A stretch of 64,000 nucleotides of DNA, from the NCBI GenBank assembly GCA_964016885.1, contig OZ024762.1, forward strand, positions 7,316,001 to 7,380,000, in the 5' to 3' direction. This DNA is from Eledone cirrhosa. Lineage: Eukaryota. The notes below the pieces were generated by a model. That model was not told the DNA's origin. It did no database searches and was given only the letters and a program-made list of their open reading frames with translations. The translations under genes and the position numbers were made by a program. Below, one piece after another: positions 61,769-64,000 of the stretch (position 1 is the stretch's first letter; every line of letters begins with the position of its first letter).

Positions 61769-64000
61769 TATATATATATATAGTTATATATACATGTATA
61801 TATATATATACATGTATATATATATACATGAGAGATTTGCAGGACGTGGAGGTGGATGTCTTCAAGAAACATCTCGACACCTTGTTATCCAGGATCCCGG
61901 ATGAGCCCACAGCAAGACACGAGGGAAACCTAAGGGCAGCAGCAACAAACTCCCTCTTACACCAGTGGCCAACCTATACAGGCTGGAGATAAAATGTGTA
62001 GCAACAAGGGCGGTGCCCCAGCATGGCCTCAGCCGGATGGCTGAAACAGGTAAAAGAGTATATGTGTATATATATATATAAATGTATATATATATATATA
62101 TAGTAGAATATATATATATAATGATGTGTTCACCTATTAAAAATCCAGAAAATACTTTTAATATTGCCGTTTTCGTCTATAGCAAGTGTTGTTTCGAAAT
62201 AATTTTTGCACCCATTTTTGCGATTAAGTAAAGACAGAGTTATCGTTCTTGAGATTTCGTCCTGGTGAAATTTAAGGAACTGATGTCGCTAAATCGCCAA
62301 ATCATTTACCAGCACTGTTGCATCATGGGAGAGGTTATGCTTGAATTTTATTTTAAAATAAAAAGGCGAGTTTTTTAATTTACTCCTTGCCACCGTGTTT
62401 GTTATTTGATATAAGTAAATAAATAAAAGAATTCATTCCATCCCACACCTCCCTGTAGTCGGAATATCTAATTACCATGATGTCGGGAGGGGTTAATGTA
62501 AACAAAGGGCAATATATAATCGCTACACCGGCCTCATAATAATTACTATTGTTCTCCTAATTTTTCTTCAAAGTGATTTCGCTTCTTTATTTCATAGAAT
62601 CATGGCTAATTAATTTAAAGCCACTCACTGACGATCTCCGGCCTCTCACCCTCAGATGTTCTGTCTTCTACAACCCCTTTTAAAACAATGAAAGGTGCAT
62701 TCAAAGATGTAGATGTGGGTACCTTGATAATCATATAAACACAGGATGGTCACGGCAGGTATACCATCGATTACACACATGTCGAGTCATCTTGTCTTGC
62801 TCGTTCAAGACCTGTGAATAAAAGTAAACAACAGCAACATGTCTCTACGTCTACGCTCCACTTGCTAGAAATAGAAGCCAGGTTTCCCAAGAATTACGGA
62901 GGTGAATTAGCTGTGACACATGTAAATACAATCTTTTATATTTTATCTGTGTAGGAAGATATTAATAATGTTATTACTTTTGATTATGTATATGTAAATA
63001 TATGTCTTGATCGCTCAGGTCTGACTTGTCGATGAAAGTAAACAACAGCTACCTTATGAAATTTTCACAATTTAAACCCCAACAAAATGCATACAGACAT
63101 ATATAAGTGTATATATATATATATACTCGAAATTATATATATATATATACACGCGAAATTTTTGCACGGGGGACAAACAGTTCCCATAACCTGAATAGGT
63201 CCTCTGAGAACCGACTTATGTATATAGAATCAATGAGATACCAGCGTTGACCAATGTGTATATATGACTATCTAAAACTACATCTTCTAATGTGTCCTTC
63301 ATTATTTTAAAACGTGGCGAGCGATAAATATTTGGCTGCTATTTCCAGCAATAATTCTAATGTCACTTTTGTGTGAATATCTAGGAAGTAGTATATTCCC
63401 TTCTAAATCTTTCTTATTTGTTGGGGCTTGTTTAAGACGTCAGCCCCCGTCGGGCTTGACCCAGCAGAAGTACGAAGGTTGGCTGACTATGAAGGACTGA
63501 TGCTAGAGCTGGGAAATCTTGCATGAATTAATTTCAACCCTTCTTATTAATAACTGCATTGTTTCTTTCCAAGTAAACTGACATCTGACTGTTGAAAGAG
63601 GACTTCAAATGTAATTAGTAATGACCTCTTGAAAATGGACAAAATTTGGCATCGTGGTATTATCAAGTACCTGTAGAAAAGGGGTTTATCCCCCAAGAAC
63701 ATTCATGTTGACAAGGTTGATACATTAAAGGATGATACTCCAGCTTTATCAACAATTCAACAGGCTCTGGTCCACAATTATTGTCTCTCCTCCTTCTGCA
63801 CATTATACCTCTACTACAATGGTCTCTGCTCCTCCACAGCCCTTAAATATGCTGTTCCCTCTCTACCTCTACTACAATGGTCTCTGCTCCTCCCCAACCC
63901 CTAAATATGCTATTCCCTCTCTTCCTAGTCTACCTCTACTACACTGGTTCCTGCTCCTCACTAGCACTCCCCAGCCCCTAAATATGCTGTTTCCTCTCTA

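Larger units (their letters stand above)
56463..64000. repeat. Giant inverted repeat (palindrome) centred at ~60,080, extending beyond the window
   Basis: 63961-64000 is the reverse complement of 56463-56502; the match is continuous to 59762/60298, then 59874-60058 / 60105-60294. Confidence 0.97.

Overview
AT-rich, repeat-dense animal genomic DNA. The SINE, RTE-LINE and MITE repertoire and (TA/TG)n content point to an octopod cephalopod (inference). Bases ~2.4-40.7 kb hold a complete 26-coding-exon SUPT5H (Spt5, DSIF large subunit) gene on the + strand. I assembled it by hand: all introns are GT-AG, phases are consistent, and the CDS is 3258 nt (1085 aa plus stop). Intron 12 is U12 (minor-spliceosome) type. 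The introns carry SINEs, LINE fragments, hAT/piggyBac/mariner MITEs, many minisatellites and several hammerhead-ribozyme motifs. Downstream there is no recognisable protein gene, but there are two unexplained structures. (1) 43.7-55 kb is a nested inverted-duplication cluster with three copies of a ~150-165 nt GC-rich, highly structured element between a TATA box and a T-run, with structure-preserving changes between copies. This is a candidate unannotated Pol III ncRNA with vault-RNA-like architecture. Each copy is followed by a promoter-like module and a conserved splice donor. (2) 56.5-64 kb is a giant palindrome (arms >=3.6 kb, centre ~60,080, running off the window). It contains mirror-image 88-bp satellite arrays and four copies of a ZNF143/Staf-motif module. 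All calls are by eye; no database search or folding program was run.
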